Under the pieces are notes generated by a model. The model searched no databases and had not been told where the DNA came from. It worked only from the letters and a program-made list of their open reading frames with translations. From Mobula hypostoma (lineage: Eukaryota), in contig NC_086108.1 of assembly GCF_963921235.1 (NCBI RefSeq), positions 97,776,001-97,840,000 of the forward strand: a stretch of DNA of 64,000 nucleotides. Reading direction: 5' to 3'. A program made the position numbers and the translations under genes. Of this stretch, positions 62,091 to 64,000 are shown in pieces. How positions within the stretch are numbered: the first letter of the stretch is position 1; the number at the start of each line of letters is the position of its first letter.

Positions 62091-63209
62091 CTTGTCCAAG
62101 TGCCCTTTCAATGTTGCAAATGTGCCTGCCCCAATCACTTCCGCTGGCAGCTCGTTCCAAATACTGACCACCGTCCTTAAGTCCTGGCAACATCCTTGTC
62201 AATTTCTCTGTACTCTTTCAATATTATTGATATATTTCTTGAAGGTAGGTGACCAAAATTTTACATGATTAATTCTGATATTATTTAAGGTGTTACTACT
62301 CCTTACAGACATCTGATTGTAATGGAAAACCAACAAATTTTGGGCAAATCAAAGTACATCTTCCAGCAGATTAATGTTTTTTTCCAGCAGCAGTCCATGT
62401 TTGTTTTGGCGTGCATCCCTAGGAACAGCCTGTAGACCTGAGACCTTTGCTGCCAAGCTGCTCGCGACAAATCTCGACAAGAACCCTTGTATCCTTTTCC
62501 AGGCCTTTTTGCAAGTGCAATTGTAGCATGGATCCAAAGTACCAAAATTCCCTCCTTAAACTTCCTCATCCCATTCCTCTCCCTCATTTAAGATGCTAGT
62601 TGAAACTTCCATGACTAAGTATGTATTAGTCAATGGTCAAACCCGTGACTGGAGAAACCCAGGGTCAATACTCAAAGGTTGGCAATGTCCAGAGGGCAAA
62701 AGTAAAGGTTAAAGTCCAGAGTTCAGCAGGTCTGGAGGTAGAGGAGCAAGGGTCAACTTGACTGGAGGTCAGAGGCACAATATTTGTGAGTCTGGGCTGG
62801 GGCTGAGGCTTGGAGACACCTGTCCCAGGGTTGGCGGCCTCCCTGTGGGTGTGAGTGGGAGGGTGGGAAAGGGGCTTGCTTTGCTGATGTTGCTGCTGCT
62901 GCAGCTTGTGTTCTGCCAGTCATTGTGGGTATGCTAAGCTGGCACCAGAATGTGTGCCAACACTTGCAGGCTGCCCCCAGCACCTCCAAGCGTGTGTTGG
63001 TTGTTAACTCAAACAATGCATTTCACTGTGTGTCTTGATGTACATGGGACAACTAAATGTGAATCAGTCCTAGAATCTCCAATGTGTCTCAGTTTTACAT
63101 GCCAAGTAAGCTCCAGTGATGCTTTGATGTTAATTATTGCTGTTGTCTGAGAAGAATAAGATAGCATTCTTCAGACAGAATAAGAGGCAGCATTATCCTC
63201 CACTTAGAG

Positions 63210-63290
63210 CAGGAGTTCCCAACCTTTTCTAATGCCATGGAACCCTACCAATAACTGAGGGGTCCGTGTGATCCAGGTTGGGAACCTCTG
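63210..63290. mobile_element. 81 bp hAT MITE (same family as 55347-55429; third decayed copy at about 46876-46935)
   Basis: caggagttcccaacc / ggttgggaacctctg TIRs; TSD acttagag/aattagag. Confidence 0.82.
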
Positions 63291-63579
63291 AATTAGAGTG
63301 ACTTCCCGCTCTAAGCCAATTCCCATTCGCTCAGCCCAAATTCTCATTCCATTCTTAGCTCACTGTGTTGTCTGTTTGATAAGGTGGGAATGCTGGGAAT
63401 TTTAACCGGTGATAAAGGAAGACTAATATGCATACAAACCAGGCAACCCTGCACCCACTGTGGGCACATGAGGCTGATAATGCCCCTAACCCTGCTGATC
63501 TCTGGTATCTCAATGATCGACCTATGGAAACGGGCTGATGCTGTTTAACCTTGACCTTTTTCACGTATTTAATAATGAG

Positions 63580-63920
63580 GGCAGCTCAGCAGCGTAGCGG
63601 TTAGTGCAGTCACTTTACAGTTCCAGAAGTCACCAATCGAGTTTCAATTCCCGCAGCTGTCTGTAATGTGTTTGTACGTTCTCCCTGTGACTGCATGTGT
63701 TTCCCCTGGGTGCTCCAGTTTCCTCCTAATTTCCTGAGATGTATGGATAAGATTTAGTAAGTCGCAGACATGTGATGTTGGCGCCAGAAGCGTGGCGACA
63801 CTTGGCGGCTGCCTCCAGCAAAATCGTTAGACTATGTTAGTCGTTGATTCAGAAGACACATTTCACTCCAAGTTTCGATGTTTCATGTACATGTGACAAA
63901 TACAACTGATCTTTATCTTT
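63580..63920 (+). mobile_element. V-SINE-like SINE, near full length
   Basis: Head ggcagc..agcgtagcggttagtgca, V core, tail gtgacaaatacaactgatct. Confidence 0.8.
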
Positions 63921-64000
63921 AATTGTTAACTGGTGCAGTTCTATTTATGCAGCTGAAAATGGGTTTATTGCAAAGCATTAACTTTTATCATCAGTGTCTC

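Noticed and set aside
1..64000. Prokaryotic-type systems (CRISPR array, retron, operons)
   Set aside because: The sequence is vertebrate repeat-rich DNA; no regularly spaced repeat-spacer array; all RT motifs belong to LINE families

Overview
Eukaryotic, repeat-dense, non-coding DNA, most consistent with an intron or gene desert of a cartilaginous fish (shark/ray). This rests on the repeat inventory: CR1/HER1-like LINEs, HE1/V-SINE-like tRNA SINEs, Rex1/Babar LINEs, Penelope-like elements, an R4/Dong-like element, RTE, hAT-Charlie and Tc1/Tigger remnants. I can support no intact host protein-coding gene; nearly all listed ORFs are TE fragments or their antisense frames. Non-TE relics are a processed rpl37a pseudogene (about 42.7-43.0 kb, minus) and a tRNA-Pro-derived fragment. 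The most notable structures are: (1) Penelope-derived short insertions with 7-16 bp TSDs, several folded back and carrying minimal type I hammerhead ribozyme motifs, one inserted in frame into a Penelope GIY-YIG endonuclease ORF; (2) an isolated 173 bp near-perfect palindrome at 13487-13659; (3) a solo LTR; (4) several repeat-free islands rich in TF motifs, one containing a candidate 7-codon first exon. TE boundaries are by eye and approximate unless TIR/TSD coordinates are given. Family names come from recognised motifs, not database searches.
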